Positions 38,231-51,785 are shown, counted from the first letter of the stretch. The stretch is DNA of 64,000 nucleotides from Antechinus flavipes (GCF_016432865.1 NC_067400.1:65596001-65660000); one strand, 5' to 3'. Notes: generated from the letters alone by a model not told the origin. Made by a program: numbers and translations.

Positions 38231-38269
38231 AGGAAGCTTTTCCTAATCACAAAAATTACCTCCAGAAAG

Positions 38270-38465
38270 GTTTCTTGATCTTTTTGGTAATGTGGATGCC
38301 TTTTGCACTCTGATGAAGGGTATGGAATAATACCTTTTTTATTTATTTATTGTACATTTATAGAATAATATTTTTAAATGCACATAATATTATAAAAAAA
38401 CCTATAGCATTATAGTTACCACATTGCTAAATTCTAGTTTTCAAATATTAAAAAATCAAATTCTG
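38270..38465 (+). mobile_element. MER63-like hAT MITE fragment
   Basis: tttttggtaatgtggatgccttttgcactctgatgaagggtatgga...gaataatatttttaaatgcacataa; family from recall. Confidence 0.45.
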
Positions 38466-39229
38466 ATTTTAATTTTAATGTAAAGACCAACCTCTAGCTC
38501 ACAAGCTGTCACTGTCACTTAGCTTTTTCTGAAGGAGGATGTGTCTCTAATTCAATGTGTTTTTCCAATTTATACATTTGCCATGTATTGGGGGTTGTAG
38601 GAGCTGTGGATGCAAGGGCAAGGTGTAATTTACCTTTGCATTTTCCAACACCTTTCTATGCTATTGACATCAAGAAATGTTTGTGGAATGAATGAATGAA
38701 TGTGCTCTGGGGGCCTCTGCCTGATCCCAGTTGTGCCAGCACCTGGTTTCTTTTGGCCTTTTATATGAGAACTAGTGTTGACTCATGATTGGTCTCTAGG
38801 AACATTTCTGCATTTAACCTCTTGCCGGTTCCTGTTGGCTTTTAGGAAATCCAGGTCCTTGTTTGAAGAGTGAAATGTCCACCATGCTGAAAGCTGACTT
38901 TGCCAACATAACTCGGTTTGGCTTCTTCAGATTTTTTTTTGAGCTGACTGACTTTTTTCTTGATTTTGTTGAATCAAGCAATTGTTTGGGCATCGTGTAG
39001 ACCCTTCAGCTTTAGCTCCAGCATCAGAGGAGAAGGGACTTGGCAGGACCATCTGGCCTCCTGAATGCCTCTATTCATCCCTGGGAGACAGCATCTCTCA
39101 CCTTGCAGCCTTCCAAAGGTGCTTTCCATTTTTTTTTCCAAGTTCTCTGTGGCCCTGCAATTTCCGCTCTCCATCCGCTATCCTGTGAGAATTATTTCTA
39201 GCCTGGGTTTATTTGTGCATACTTTCTTA

Positions 39230-39519
39230 ATATGTGTGTGTATGTACTTGTGTAGATAATGCATGTATGCACATAAAAGGTATTTATGTAAGTATATATG
39301 TACATACACAAACCCATGTACACAGCACACAACACACACATGTATACACACAATGCACATGTATATTGTAGACACATACAAAATATATACATGTGTATAC
39401 TTACATGCATATATGCACACAATATGTATATATATGTATCTGTCTTAATGTGTATATACAGAATATTCAAAAAGTCTTAGTACAATTTAATTAAGGTATT
39501 AATGTGTTTATATATGTAT
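39230..39519. repeat. Degenerate (CA)/(TA)/(TG) tract
   Basis: Seen directly; abuts an N gap. Confidence 0.8.
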
Positions 39520-40759
39520 NNNNNNNNNNNNNNNNNNNNNNNNNNNNNNNNNNNNNNNNNNNNNNNNNNNNNNNNNNNNNNNNNNNNNNNNNNNNNNNNN
39601 NNNNNNNNNNNNNNNNNNNNNNNNNNNNNNNNNNNNNNNNNNNNNNNNNNNNNNNNNNNNNNNNNNNNNNNNGTGTTTCTTTCCCCCCCAACCACCATTT
39701 CCCACAAAATAATAGTCCCCCAAACTCAAATAATAAAACTATTGCCACTTCCCTTAATCATCACCTGCTTTTCTACCTTGGGAACACTCCTGTTTCAGGC
39801 TGTTGATCTTGGGGTAGCCGTAGAGCAGTGGACACTGCTGAATTGGCTTTTGGACTCATTTACCTGAACACAGTTTATAGCTCCTGGACTTTGCCCAGCA
39901 AGCTGGTTGTATCTCAAGTCAATTCCATATTCCCTGCACTGATCCCCTGTGGTCTATAAACTTCGAGTTATGTGTGAGCCATATGCATCCACATTTCCTG
40001 ATCCTGCTGTGACTCAGCCCAGAGGAGTAGTTACAGTTGATGAGCAAGCTATTAAAAATATTACTATGTATATTAAAACGTATCCGTGAGCATGAGAGGA
40101 AATATGGTGTTGACAGAAAGTAGGACTAGAAGTAAAGAAGGAGTGGGTTCAAGGCTTCATCTTTTACACATGTTGGTCATGGGGTACTGGGCAAGTCATT
40201 TAACTCTGCAGAGGAAGGGCTGATCTGCACTGGTGGCCAGTTTCCTCACTGAGTGCTCTTTTTACAATGGAATCATAGAGCTGATACAAAAGAAAATCCA
40301 TCTGTACATTCATCCATTCATCCAGACAGACAAATCTAATTCAATCTAATTCTTGATCATTCATACTAATTGAGTATGTAACAAAAACAAAATAAAATAC
40401 ATAGGTCATCTCAAATTTTTAAATTTGACTTTGGGATCAAGCGACATGTCCCCACCCTTTCTGTTAGGTGCTCTTGTCCAGGGATGGGAAGATTGAGATC
40501 AGTAGAGGAGTATCTGATACATGGCTCTCTGCTGAATCTATGAGACAGTTTAGATTTTTTGGTTTGCTGTGTTGAGATCCAGATAAACACTTAGAGAACA
40601 TGGATGATCATTTATTGTGGACAAGTCAGTCAGTCTCCCTGAATCGTAGCTTCCTCATTTGAAAAATAAGTACAATTGTATTCCCACTAATAGTTGTGAG
40701 AAAGTATCTTGGGAGCCTGACACATAGGAAGCATCTGATAAATGCTTTATCTAGTGGTC

Positions 40760-41405
40760 TTTTTTCTCTTCCTTCCTCCCTCCCTTTCTTTCTCCCTTCT
40801 TCCCTCCTTCCCTCTTTACTTCCTTTTTTCCTCTCTCCCTCCTCCTTCTTTCTTTCCTTCCTTAGCTCTTTCCTTCCTCCTTCCTTTCCTTCCTTTGTCC
40901 CTCCCTCCCTTCCTTCTTCTCTCCCTCCCTTCCTTTTTTTCTTCCCTCTTNNNNNNNNNNNNNNNNNNNNNNNNNNNNNNNNNNNNNNNNNNNNNNNNNN
41001 NNNNNNNNNNNNNNNNNNNNNNNNNNNNNNNNNNNNNNNNNNNNNNNNNNNNNNNNNNNNNNNNNNNNNNNNNNNNNNNNNNNNNNNNNNNNNNNNNNNN
41101 NNNNNNNNNNNNNNNNNNNNNNNNNNNNNNNNNNNNNNNNNNNNNNNNNNNNNNNNNNNNNNNNNNNNNNNNNNNNNNNNNNNNNNNNNNNNNNNNNNNN
41201 NNNNTTCTTTCTGTCTTTTACTATTTTATTTTGCATCTGTACTTTATTATCTATCTCTCTTTCTCTGTCTCTTTCTGTGTCTGCCTCTCTCTATCTTTGT
41301 ATTCATCTTTGTCTCCCTCTGTCTCTTTAGCTTTTTCTGTCTCTTCTTCTTTTTGTCTTTCTCACTCTTTTTCTCTGCCTTTTTCTATCTGTCTCTTTCT
41401 CTCAA
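40760..41405. repeat. CT-rich simple repeat spanning an N gap
   Basis: Seen directly; source of spurious F/L/S/P-rich ORFs. Confidence 0.9.
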
Positions 41406-41424
41406 CTATTATTCCTGAGCAGTG

Positions 41425-41825
41425 TTGTCCAATCTGAACCTGAAAATGTCTAGGAAGGAAGAACCCACTCCCTTCTGAGGCAGCCCAATTTCTTTTTGGA
41501 TGTCTAATTTTGAGGAAACTTTTACTTATGCTCATCCTAAATCTGTCTGAAAGCTACTTTCCCTGGTTCTCTCCTCTGAGGATAAGAAAAGCAAGACTTT
41601 TTGCTCTTCCATATGGGAAAGCCCTTGAAATACTTGAAAACAAATATTACATTCTTCCTAAGTGTTCTTTTCTCCAGACTAAACATCCTCAATTTCTTTC
41701 AATAATCTTCATATGTGAAGATTATCATCCTGGGTGTCCTTCTCTGAACCTACTCCAGTTTGTCAATGTCCTTCCTAAAGTATAATGCCCAGAACTAAAC
41801 ATAATCCTTCAGATTTGGTTAGTGG
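41425..41825 (-). mobile_element. L3/CR1 LINE fragment
   Basis: ctgaggcagcccaatttc...tgttcttttctccagactaaacatcctcaatttctttcaa...atgcccagaactaaacataa. Confidence 0.75.
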
Positions 41826-42450
41826 TGGTCAAGGATTGGTTACATTCTTGGTGGAGGGAGGGAGATGAATGACCTTAGCTCTAGTCAAGGTTACTCACAA
41901 CAGTAAATATAACTCTAGGTACTGTTTATACCTCATTTGATTGACTTTTACATAAGCCAAGGAGAGGAAAAGTGTGAAACTTAATATTTGTATGATGGAC
42001 ATTCAAAAAATCTTGTCTGGAGTCCTGACTTGTGAAAGATAACATTTTTAACTAGCTCTGCGTTTTCACAGGGGAGAATCCATGATTTTCATTGGTAAAT
42101 ATAATAAATAGATGGAAAATCATAGAACCATATACATTATAGACCAAGAAGGAGTTTTTTATTATTCTATTCTATTATGATACAGAATAAACTGCTATTC
42201 ATTAAAATGAGGGGACTTGTCCAAAGTCACATTACTTGATTGTGACAGAGCCAGATCTAATCCTAGTTCCAGAGCTTTTTCTCCCATAGCCCATAGACTG
42301 ATGTGAGATAAGTTAGAAAGTCCCAAGTGGCTCAAATATTGCTCTCTCTTAGGAACGATTGTCTATATCTTCACTATCAGATATTCATTCATTCTTTTAG
42401 ATTAGGAATTGCCATTTCTCTCTCAGTATTCTTTAAAAATATAAATATCT

Positions 42451-42589
42451 GGGGCAGCTAGGTTGTCCAGTGGATAGAGCACCAACCCTGAAGTTAGGAG
42501 GACCTGAGTTCAAATCTGATCTCAGATACTTAACATTTCCTAGCTGTGTGACTCTGGGGGAGTCACTTAACCCCAATTGCCTCAGCAAA
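42451..42589 (+). mobile_element. WSINE1-type SINE lacking its tail
   Basis: ggggcagctagg...cctgaagttaggaggacctgagttcaaat...ccccaattgcctcagcaaa. Confidence 0.9.
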
Positions 42590-42789
42590 TTGGTGTGAAG
42601 GAATTAATCAGGGTGTTTTCTTAGTTTCTAGAGAGGTTGATGCTGACAGAGCATTAGAGTGAGTAGTAGCAGACTCTGAGAGTGGAGAGAATGAGGAAAT
42701 AGTTAAAGCCATTTCAGTGAGTTCTGACTCAAGTTCTCTAAGGCTATTAGTCCAAAAGTGTATGTGGAATGGAGGAATCTTTAGAACAT

Positions 42790-43300
42790 TATGCAGCAGT
42801 CCAGTGGACTATATATTCTCTGCAGTAGTTTGAATGCTTAGCAGTTTAGTTCAATAAAGGACTTCAGGATCTGGTATTTTATCTTGCCAGGTGATCTTCA
42901 GGATCTTCCTAAGACAATTCAAGTGGAAGTGATTCAGTTTCCTGGCATAGTGCAAGTATACCAAACTGGTTTCACAGGGACACAACAATGAGGTCAGCAC
43001 AACGGCTCTGTAGACCTTCAGTGTGGTAGTCAATCTAATACCTCTCCTCTCCCACACTTTGCTCCCACATTTGCTTGGCAATGTGTGTGCCAACTCCATT
43101 ATCAATTGGACATCCCTGGAAAGTATACTGCCAAGGTAAGTAAATTTATTCACAGTATTCAAAGTTTCTCCATTTGCCGTAACTGGTGGTTCTACATACG
43201 GATGATTTGGGATTGGCTGATGTTTTCTTGGTGCTAATTGTAAGACTAAAATTAGCACAAGCAGCAGAGAATTGATCCATACTTTGCTGCATCTCAGCTT
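42790..43300 (-). mobile_element. RTE-clade (RTE-BovB-like) LINE, decayed ORF2 C-terminal fragment
   Basis: ORF 42851-43327 contains VNKFTYLGSILS, KVWERRGIRLTTTLKVYRAVVLTSLL and LNHFHLNCLRKILKITWQDKIPD, hallmark RTE RT C-terminal motifs; frameshifted at its N-terminal end. Confidence 0.9.
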
Positions 43301-43339
43301 TGAATCACACACCAACACTCCCTCCACTTTATATTAACA

Positions 43340-43880
43340 AAATACAAAACGATACATGATGAATGCAGAAAGCAGAGTGTTGTGTGAGGACTAGGGGAAG
43401 ACATCAGGTAATGCTTCAAGAACAGGCATTTGAGTTGTGATATAAGAGACCAAAAAGATTGAGGGTATTCAATGATAGGTGCAAGGAACTTGCTGTGTGT
43501 TTATAAACAATAGGGAGCTATTGAAAATTTTTGAACAAGAAATGACATAAGCAGATGTGTATGTAATTGATTTTTCTTACCAGTAGTGTGGAATGAATAA
43601 GAGAAGAGACTGCTGGTGGCACAAAGACCTGTTGACAGGCTATTCCATTAGTTCATATGGTGGTAAGAAGAGCTTCTCTTGAAATAGAAAGAGTGGGAAG
43701 AGAGCTGAGAGGTGGAATGGATAAACCTTGGTAGACCCATAGGATGCAGAGGTAAAGAGAATGAAAAAAACCTAAGAAAAACTCAACACAATCGTTTCGA
43801 GGACTAGCTGAATGGTAGTGCTCCTGACATCTGGGAAGGTAGCTAGGTGTCTTATTGGACTGATAAGAAGGTGAACCCAA
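43340..43880 (-). mobile_element. L2 LINE fragments
   Basis: aatagggagctattgaaaatttttgaacaagaaatgacat...gacaggctattccattagttc. Confidence 0.6.
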
Positions 43881-46800
43881 GACCAAATTATGTCTCAGAT
43901 ACTTCCTACTGTGTGATCCTGAGCAATTAACCTAATTCCTCAGTCTTAGTTTCCTCATCCATAAAATGGGTATGTTAACAACACATCTCATAGGTATATT
44001 GTGAGGGTCAAGTGAGATCATGTGTATAAAGTACTGTATAAAATGTAAAGCACTAAATAAATAATAAGAATTATTGCTTTTAAATCAGAGGGAGGAGCAG
44101 GATTATGTAGAACAGCAACCAAGAACTTTTCTCTAGCAATTGGGAAATGGAGTCCATAGGATTGATTTCCTGGGACAAAATGCTGTTCACTCAACCCTAG
44201 ATGTGATTCCTGGAAAAAAGATCATGAACTCATAAAGCTGGCTTGAACCATATGAGTCATTCCAGAAACCTCCTAACCTTTGTCTATTGAAGAAATTCTG
44301 GATAGCGGCTAACTAGGAAGAATCTTGCTTAGGTGTTCCTTTTGTTTTATTGTTTTTAAGTGTTTTCAGGCTTTACATTTCTTTTAGACTATAAACTTCT
44401 TTCAGATAATTCCTGAGGAATAGTATTTGTTTCTTCCTCTGTAATTTCTCATCACATCTGGGTTCTAGGTTCTAACCCCAGTGATCTCACTCAAGGTAGA
44501 AAAGGGACTCAATGTTCTTATTTTGATTTGTCCCCACTAAAGATGATCAATGAATTATTGGAAGTGTCTTATTAGCTACCATATGTATACCATATGCATA
44601 TAAATGAGTGCATGTTCAGCTGTTTGGAGACAAAACACATGCATGCACGAACACAGAAACAGAAATTTCTGTTCTATTGATCACATTGTTTCTAGATGTG
44701 TGTGCCTTTTTTAAAAGTTATGATTGATAGGAAACATGTGATCAGAGCACAAATGCTGATGTGTTTCTCAGACTGTTTTTAAGAGAGTTGAGATTACTGA
44801 TTAATTATACATACACTGTCACATGCTGAGTCACCTAAACGCTAAGACCAATATATGCCTATAGAATCACACATCTCTATAGCACCTCCCGACCATGTGG
44901 AAGGGGGTGCTTCCTGTGAAGGGAGATTGTCACTGAAGCAGCGTTCATGACCCACACACCCACAGAAAATCAACAATTTTAGGGAAACAGTTGATTGTTT
45001 GGTCTTTGATGCTCCACAGCTGGATTTCTGGAAACATCTGGATATTTGGCTGACTTTCCCTCATACTTTTCATCTTCATCAAATTGCTTGGTGCAGCAAA
45101 AGCATTTTCTCTGAGTGTTTGGGTAATTTTTTTTTCAGATAAAAAATAGACTCTTCCATTATGGAATAGAAGTAGAGAGAAAATGATTCTAGAATTACTT
45201 ATGAAGAGAAGAGGTTTATAAGGCTCAATGGTGACTGACCATTATGATCACAATAATGATACTACTTTATATGTGTGTACCACTTATTGATGATGTAAAT
45301 GGTTTCAAATAATGATTTCATTTGGGCATCACAGTACTCTGAAGTTGCACAGTTCATTGATAACATGACAAATGGCTTTCCATCTCTGGGTCTCAATTTA
45401 CTCTTTGGTAAAATGAGACTGTTGGAGGAGATGGTTTTTGTGATCCCTTTCAGCTCTGACATACTGTGGTTCTATATGAACTCTCCTGGACAGAAGTTGT
45501 CAAGCCCTGCTAATGTACTAATGGAATCAGTCATGATGGTTTTAGAAAGGCTTCATGCATAGGAATAGAAATGGGCAGAGAAGGTTGAATGAGGGCTGTA
45601 ATATATTACTATCATAGAGTTCTTTGAAATGATCTATTACCATGTATATGCTTTTGCTTCTTAATCTATAGCAGAAGACTGAATGAAGGAATAGCTGTTT
45701 CTTCCCTTGGAAATTCTCAGAAAAGACAGGAGATCATTGAAATTCAAGAGTTCCAGCTTTCTTTGTCTTCTTTCTTTTTTCTCCCCAGTGGATGGGGAGA
45801 AGTTGGAGGATAAGTATTTGATAATTTAAAAAAAAATGATAATCGGTATAACCCCTTCATGGTATAGATGAAAAATGAGACTTAGGAAAAAGAGATGACT
45901 TGTTCAGAGTCTGTTAATAAACGGTAGAGGTTTAAACCCATGTTTCTTGATTCCAAATTTGCCCTTTCCACTTGATTTCTTTGGCCTCACTTTCCTCATC
46001 TGTAAAATAACAATATTAACCTAAATGATCTCTAAAGTTCTGATAACTCTGGCACTTTATATTTCTGTGAATTCCTCTTCAATCATGACGTAGTCTAAGT
46101 GATTATAAGTTTCCTAGTTCTGCTAGTTCTGAATTTCAGACTGAAATATATTTAAAAGGCTAGTTGAACATGCTCTCATTTCTCAGAAGGGACCTTATGA
46201 ATAATAGATAATAATAGTTATCCTGATAATTAGCATTTATTTGCCCATGGTTTGTAGTCAATTCAACAAATGCTCATTGTACTTTGTGTTTAAAAATGTC
46301 TTCCTTTTTCTTCTCCAAGGGATTGCAATCTATTAGGGTGATGTAATAGAGTACATAGAAAATTAAGAATAATTCAAAATAGAAGATAACTGTATGAAAG
46401 ATATCTGAAATGCTAAATACTGTCCACTGAGGGAAAGATAACATTTTATATTTAGTACATCTCCAATCCATTGAATATAAACTTCATAAAGGCAAGAATT
46501 ATTTAATTAAAAATATATATTTCCCATGCTAAGCATACTGTCTGGCACATAAAAGTGCTTAATAACTGTTTTTTAAAAAAGTTTATTGATTGAGCCTAAC
46601 CATCTTGTGACATAGACAAATAAATTATCACTACTCCTGGTTCACAAATTATGAAACTGAGTCATAAGTGAAATGACTTTCATGAGATTTCAATTATTTA
46701 ATGAAACTGCATCTGGGTTAGAGAATCATAGAATGTCAGTGGTAGAGGGAATCTGACAGGCTGTGGATTACAATTCATATGTGAATGAGAGTATCCTCCA

Positions 46801-47329
46801 AGGCATATACAACAACAGATTATCTAACCTTTGTTAGCAGACCTTGAACCTTCTTGATGTCTCATCCAATCCTGTTTCTATCATATCTTATTGATGCTAT
46901 CAGATCACTGCCATGTTTTTGCTCTCTCAGGTGTCTTCCAGCTCCAGGATTGAGGGAAATATAATCCTCATTTTATAAATCAGTGAAAGATTAAGTCTAG
47001 CCTTCATGTAATCCTCCTAGGATATTCTTTATGTCGCAGAATCATTGGTCCATTTTCCATGACAACTATAAAGGATTGTCAATAGCTAGAGAGAGTTAAT
47101 AGCAATTTGGAGGTCCTCAGTAAAGTTTGTCTGAGGATTTTCTCTGTCATTAGCTTATGAATCTTCCACTGGAAAACAAACGTTAAAACACTGAACCTTT
47201 TTAGCCCGTAAAAGCATGATGGACAAATGAATTTCAAATCCTATAACCCCTTTTTTCTTCTGTTCTTCTTGTTTCTATATGGCTAGAAGTCATTTCCAAA
47301 ATTTGAATTGGTTTCCAAAAAAAAGTCAT

Positions 47330-48030
47330 AGAAACCATAGAATACGAAGCAGGCAAAAAGGTCATCTAGTTCATGCTCCTGCCTCAAATCAGAGTATGCC
47401 AAAATCAACCCAGACAAATGCATGATTATTTAAAAAGTCTCTAGAGAAGGAAATGCCTTGCTTCTCTTGGTGATGCATTCCAATACCAAACAATTATTAT
47501 CACAGGAATGTTTTCCTATCTGTATATCTTCCATCTTGCCTGATGCCATTTTAGCAATTCTTTTTGCTACATATTCAGGAAAGATTTATAGCATCTCATC
47601 ATCATCCTTCATAGAAGAATCCCTCTGAGCTTTGAATGAATGCCATCTCCTGCCTTTAATGTGGGACAGTTTTGTGAAGTACTTTGGAAGGATCACAGAA
47701 TACCGACACAAAATCTTGACAATTGAAAATTGAGATGCAACAGATTGTATTTAACCAGCATTTGCTCAGAATCACAGAATCTGAGAGCTGGATGGGACCT
47801 GGATGGTTGTCTGGGAAAGGAATCACACTATAACATACTTGGATGACTAGGCTCAGTTTGAAAGTCTCCAAGGAAGGGGAAGCCACTGCTTCTGCAAGCA
47901 GGCCGCTACACCTTTGGGCAGCTCTTATTGCCCACATTTCCCCCTCAAATCAGTCTAAACTGCCCTGTTTGTATCTGGAACTCCATTCTCCAGGTTCTGC
48001 CCTTTGAGGTAAATGAAACAAATCAGCATT
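47330..48030 (-). mobile_element. L3/CR1 / MIR3 fragments
   Basis: atcatagaa...ggtcatctagttc and cagaatcacagaatctgagagctggatgggacc...tttgggcagctctta. Confidence 0.55.
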
Positions 48031-48129
48031 GCTTACTAATATTATAAGAAAGGAGCTTAGAAGCCATCTGACTCAACCCCCTTCTTTTATAGATAAGGAA
48101 ACTTGGAACTGGAAGACACCTGTATACTT

Positions 48130-48171
48130 TAAATTGTCATCTTTTAATTATAAATTGTCATCTTTTAATTA
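48130..48171. repeat. Perfect 21-bp tandem duplication
   Basis: taaattgtcatcttttaatta x2. Confidence 0.95.
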
Positions 48172-48379
48172 TAGTTTTAAGTTCCAAATATTACCTATAG
48201 AATAGGGATCAGGAAAGAGAATAAACCATGGATGTCCCCACCATCATCGTCTCCTTTAACACTATTTATCAAGTGCTCCCATACAAAAATTGCCAGATAC
48301 AACTCTTGTCCTTTAGGATCTTTAAAATTATTATTATGACACTCTATGGCAATGACTGAATTTTTCTTTACCCCAAACT

Positions 48380-48800
48380 CTGAACTCCAATCTCATCTTT
48401 ATAGCAATTTATTGAACATTTTCTGTGTGTCTCACTGGCAACTGAAATTCAACATATCCAGAAGTGAACTTATTATTTTACTTCAAATGTCTCAAAAACT
48501 GCTGTGATTCTTCATCACTCTTTATGTCTATTTGTCAAGACCCTCATTTCTATTGTCCAATATCTTTTAACTCTGTCCCCCTAACTTTTTGTTCCAATTA
48601 CTACCATTCTAGTTCATGCCCAATCTCTCTCCCATTCCCCAATATTTTCTGACTATTATCCCTGATTACATTCTCTTTTTTACCTTTAATCCATCTTACT
48701 GGACTAAGTAGCCATTCCCCAAATACAACCCTTGTTTTCTGCTTCTCTATTTTTGGTCACACTGGTCTCTTTGTATTTGACACTCTTCTGCTGTTTTCAT
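48380..48800 (+). mobile_element. L2 LINE fragment
   Basis: aactgaaattcaacatatccagaagtgaacttattatttt...ccctcatttctattgtccaa. Confidence 0.5.
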
Positions 48801-50129
48801 TAGACCATGTTGCTTTTCAAAGAGGGGGATGCCAAATATTCTGAGGCACAGCCATACAGTTCCTAAAGATAGATAGAACGGAAGTGAGAACACTTTGAAA
48901 ATTGGTTTAAATAACCATACAAATTATCAGGAAATAGGATCTAAAAGCAATCCAATGACAGTAAAAAGGCAGAATATTTATCTGGCTTGCTAACTATCTA
49001 ACATCTAATATGTCTAATATCAACTGATCATAGGATTTATTTAAATTGTTATCATCTGGAACTTAGAGGACCTCATCTCCTTGTGAGACTGTGATTCCCT
49101 CCTTTGTAAATCCTTTTTAATGTGAACTTGGTTGATATGGATAATATTGAATGATCAGATTATTACAAATTCTTGGGTTGCTACTTCCTTGAATGGAGTT
49201 TCTAGCTCCTCAAGGATACTGCTACTAATAAGACACAATATCCACTAAAATGGATATTGTAATACCTACTGGAAATGCGCAAAAAGTTTGTGTCTCTCAG
49301 GGCTCCTCAGAAATGCCTGATTCCTTTCTGGTCAAGGACTTCAAATAGGAGTGAGACAATGCGTGGCATGGGGAAGAAAAGAGACAAAGGAGGAGAACAC
49401 AAAAGAATGGGGATTGCAGGGAAATGGAAGAATATTGGGGAAAAAAGAACACAGGTCATGCAGATTTTTGTAAGTCAAATGATGCTCTTTGGGGGAGACA
49501 TATCATCTGTCTAGAAAGTTTGTAAAAAAAAAAAACATTATTAATTAAGAAAATAGCAATGAAAGGAAGGTGCAAAGGAAAACTTGAGATTGTGAGAACT
49601 TTAACCTGTTTGAGAACAGGGACTGTTTTCTTTTCAAGTACTTAGCATGGTGTCATGTGCACAATAGGTACATAATATATTTGCGATGCACCTGACACAT
49701 ATTCTCTTATGTTAGTTGCATTGTTGAAAAGGTTCAGATCAATCTACTTGGGTGTCTGCTCTTTGTCCTTTTCTCCATTTCTCCACTATCACTACCATTT
49801 TTCTAGGAGTTGATTCCATCCTGAAAATATTCTTTATGTCCTAGATTCACCTTGGATCCTTTGGGACAGATTAGGACAGCTCAGGCCAGGCTGAGAATCT
49901 GGCTTATGAGATGAATTTGAAAGAGTTCATAGTCCCAGCCCCCTCATTGGATGATCTAAGTTCATTTTTTCAACAGTGGATAAGGAAATGAGCCACTTGA
50001 GATGAGCTTGCACGTTTTTCTTAGCACCCTAGGGTTCAGATTTTATTTTAACTGAAGTGTTACCCAAGTCACAGGAGGACTCTGGAAGCTGATGTAGTAA
50101 CAAAGCATAATTTAGCAGCCCTTCAACAA

Positions 50130-50131
<2 letters not shown>

Positions 50132-50176
<45 letters not shown>
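50132..50176. repeat. (GT)22 microsatellite
   Basis: Seen directly. Confidence 0.95.
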
Positions 50177-50177
<1 letters not shown>

Positions 50178-51289
50178 TGGGGGTGAAGGTGAAGGTGGAG
50201 AAGGAGGTTTGGGGAGGGGAGGTTTCCTGTATTTCCTTGTTTTCCCTCACAAAAAAACCCAAACTTTCTCTGTAGATTGCTTGATACAGGCAGTAGCCTT
50301 GATGGCAGCTCCCTAATTCACAAAGGCTTTTTTATTCAGCAAGGGCAAGGCTTTCTCTTACCTCCTTTTCCCACCCGCTAAAGCAGCCATGCAAATCAGC
50401 ACGTACCCAGGGCCTCAAAAGAAATCAAGCTGGGGACTTAAAAGAATCCAAGCAGCCAGCCTAAAGAGACTTTAATAAGCTATCCTTCTCCTTTTTATGT
50501 TCTCTGGGTTCCCTTTTTATGGGGCCCTGAGTATGTTGGATGCAGGCCGATGCTGGGGATCTCCCTGAATGAGAGGGGAGAATGTGGGGGAGATGAGCAT
50601 GGTGAGGAGGGGTAACAGGAAACAGGGGTGGGGCCCGTGCCAATTATGTAGAACAACCGGGATTCCAGCAGCCTTAGGAAAACTCTTGGCAAGGCTTCAG
50701 TCTAAAACTGAAGACCTTCTTTCTAGCCCCTATCCCATGAGCTCTTTGAATGTTCTTCTCCAGGGATGGGGGGGATTTACATCAAACTACATATGTCTCC
50801 CTTGTAGGCCTTAGCTAAATTTAAATACCTCTGTTGGCAGAGTTATAAGGTTGAAGGTGAGAACTTATCTGTCATCAAGAGATGACAACAAATCCTAAGG
50901 CCTCCCATTATGAACATGGGTGGGAAGGGCCCCAAATTTAGGCTGACAGCAGTCAAGTTGATAAATGACTGTGAGGGCTTGAGGTATGACTGACTGGAAG
51001 CTCGCATTACAAGGAGAAAGGGAAGGTGTCCTCCAGAAAGCAATCCCAAGGAGGTAGTAAGCAGGTACCCAGACTCCAGCTTAGCTGGGCCTCTTGGTAA
51101 TACCCTTAGGGATGCCACAGAGACAAATGTGATATAAAAATGACACAGCTAGGAAAAACCCAGTGCTGGAAGAATCCCTGCTTCAAGGTTCTCCTTGAGA
51201 GGCTAAAATATATAATAGCTTATATTGTTTTGATTCTTTCCATTATTATCATTTTTATTTCTCTCAACTATCCTGTGATGAAAGTTAAA

Positions 51290-51532
51290 GCAGGTGGGTG
51301 GCACAATGAATAGGACATCAGATCTGGAGTCAGGAAGACTCATCTTCCTGAGTTCAAATCTGTCTCCACACCTTTATTAGTTGTATGACTCTGGGGAAGT
51401 CATTTAATCCTGACTGCCTTGATTTCTTCATCTGCAAAATTATCTAGAGAAGAAAATGACAAACTACTCTGGTATCTTTGTCAAGAAAACCCCAAATGGA
51501 GTCACAAAGAATTAGACACAACTGAACAATAA
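51290..51532 (+). mobile_element. Mar1-type CORE-SINE, full length
   Basis: ctggagtcaggaagactcatcttcctgagttcaaatct...aagaaaaccccaaatggagtcacaaag...actgaacaa. Confidence 0.9.
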
Positions 51533-51785
51533 TCTATGTAGAAAGGAAATAAATAAATGAACTAGGAGTCAAAAGATCTAAGCTTGAAAGCCACTTGCAA
51601 TACTTACTTTCCTTTGTGACCTTGGACAAATCACTAAAAAACAATGTNNNNNNNNNNNNNNNNNNNNNNNNNNNNNNNNNNNNNNNNNNNNNNNNNNNNN
51701 NNNNNNNNNNNNNNNNNNNNNNNNNNNNNNNNNNNNNNNNNNNNNNNNNNNNNNNNNNNNNNNNNNNNNNNNNNNNNNNNNNNNN

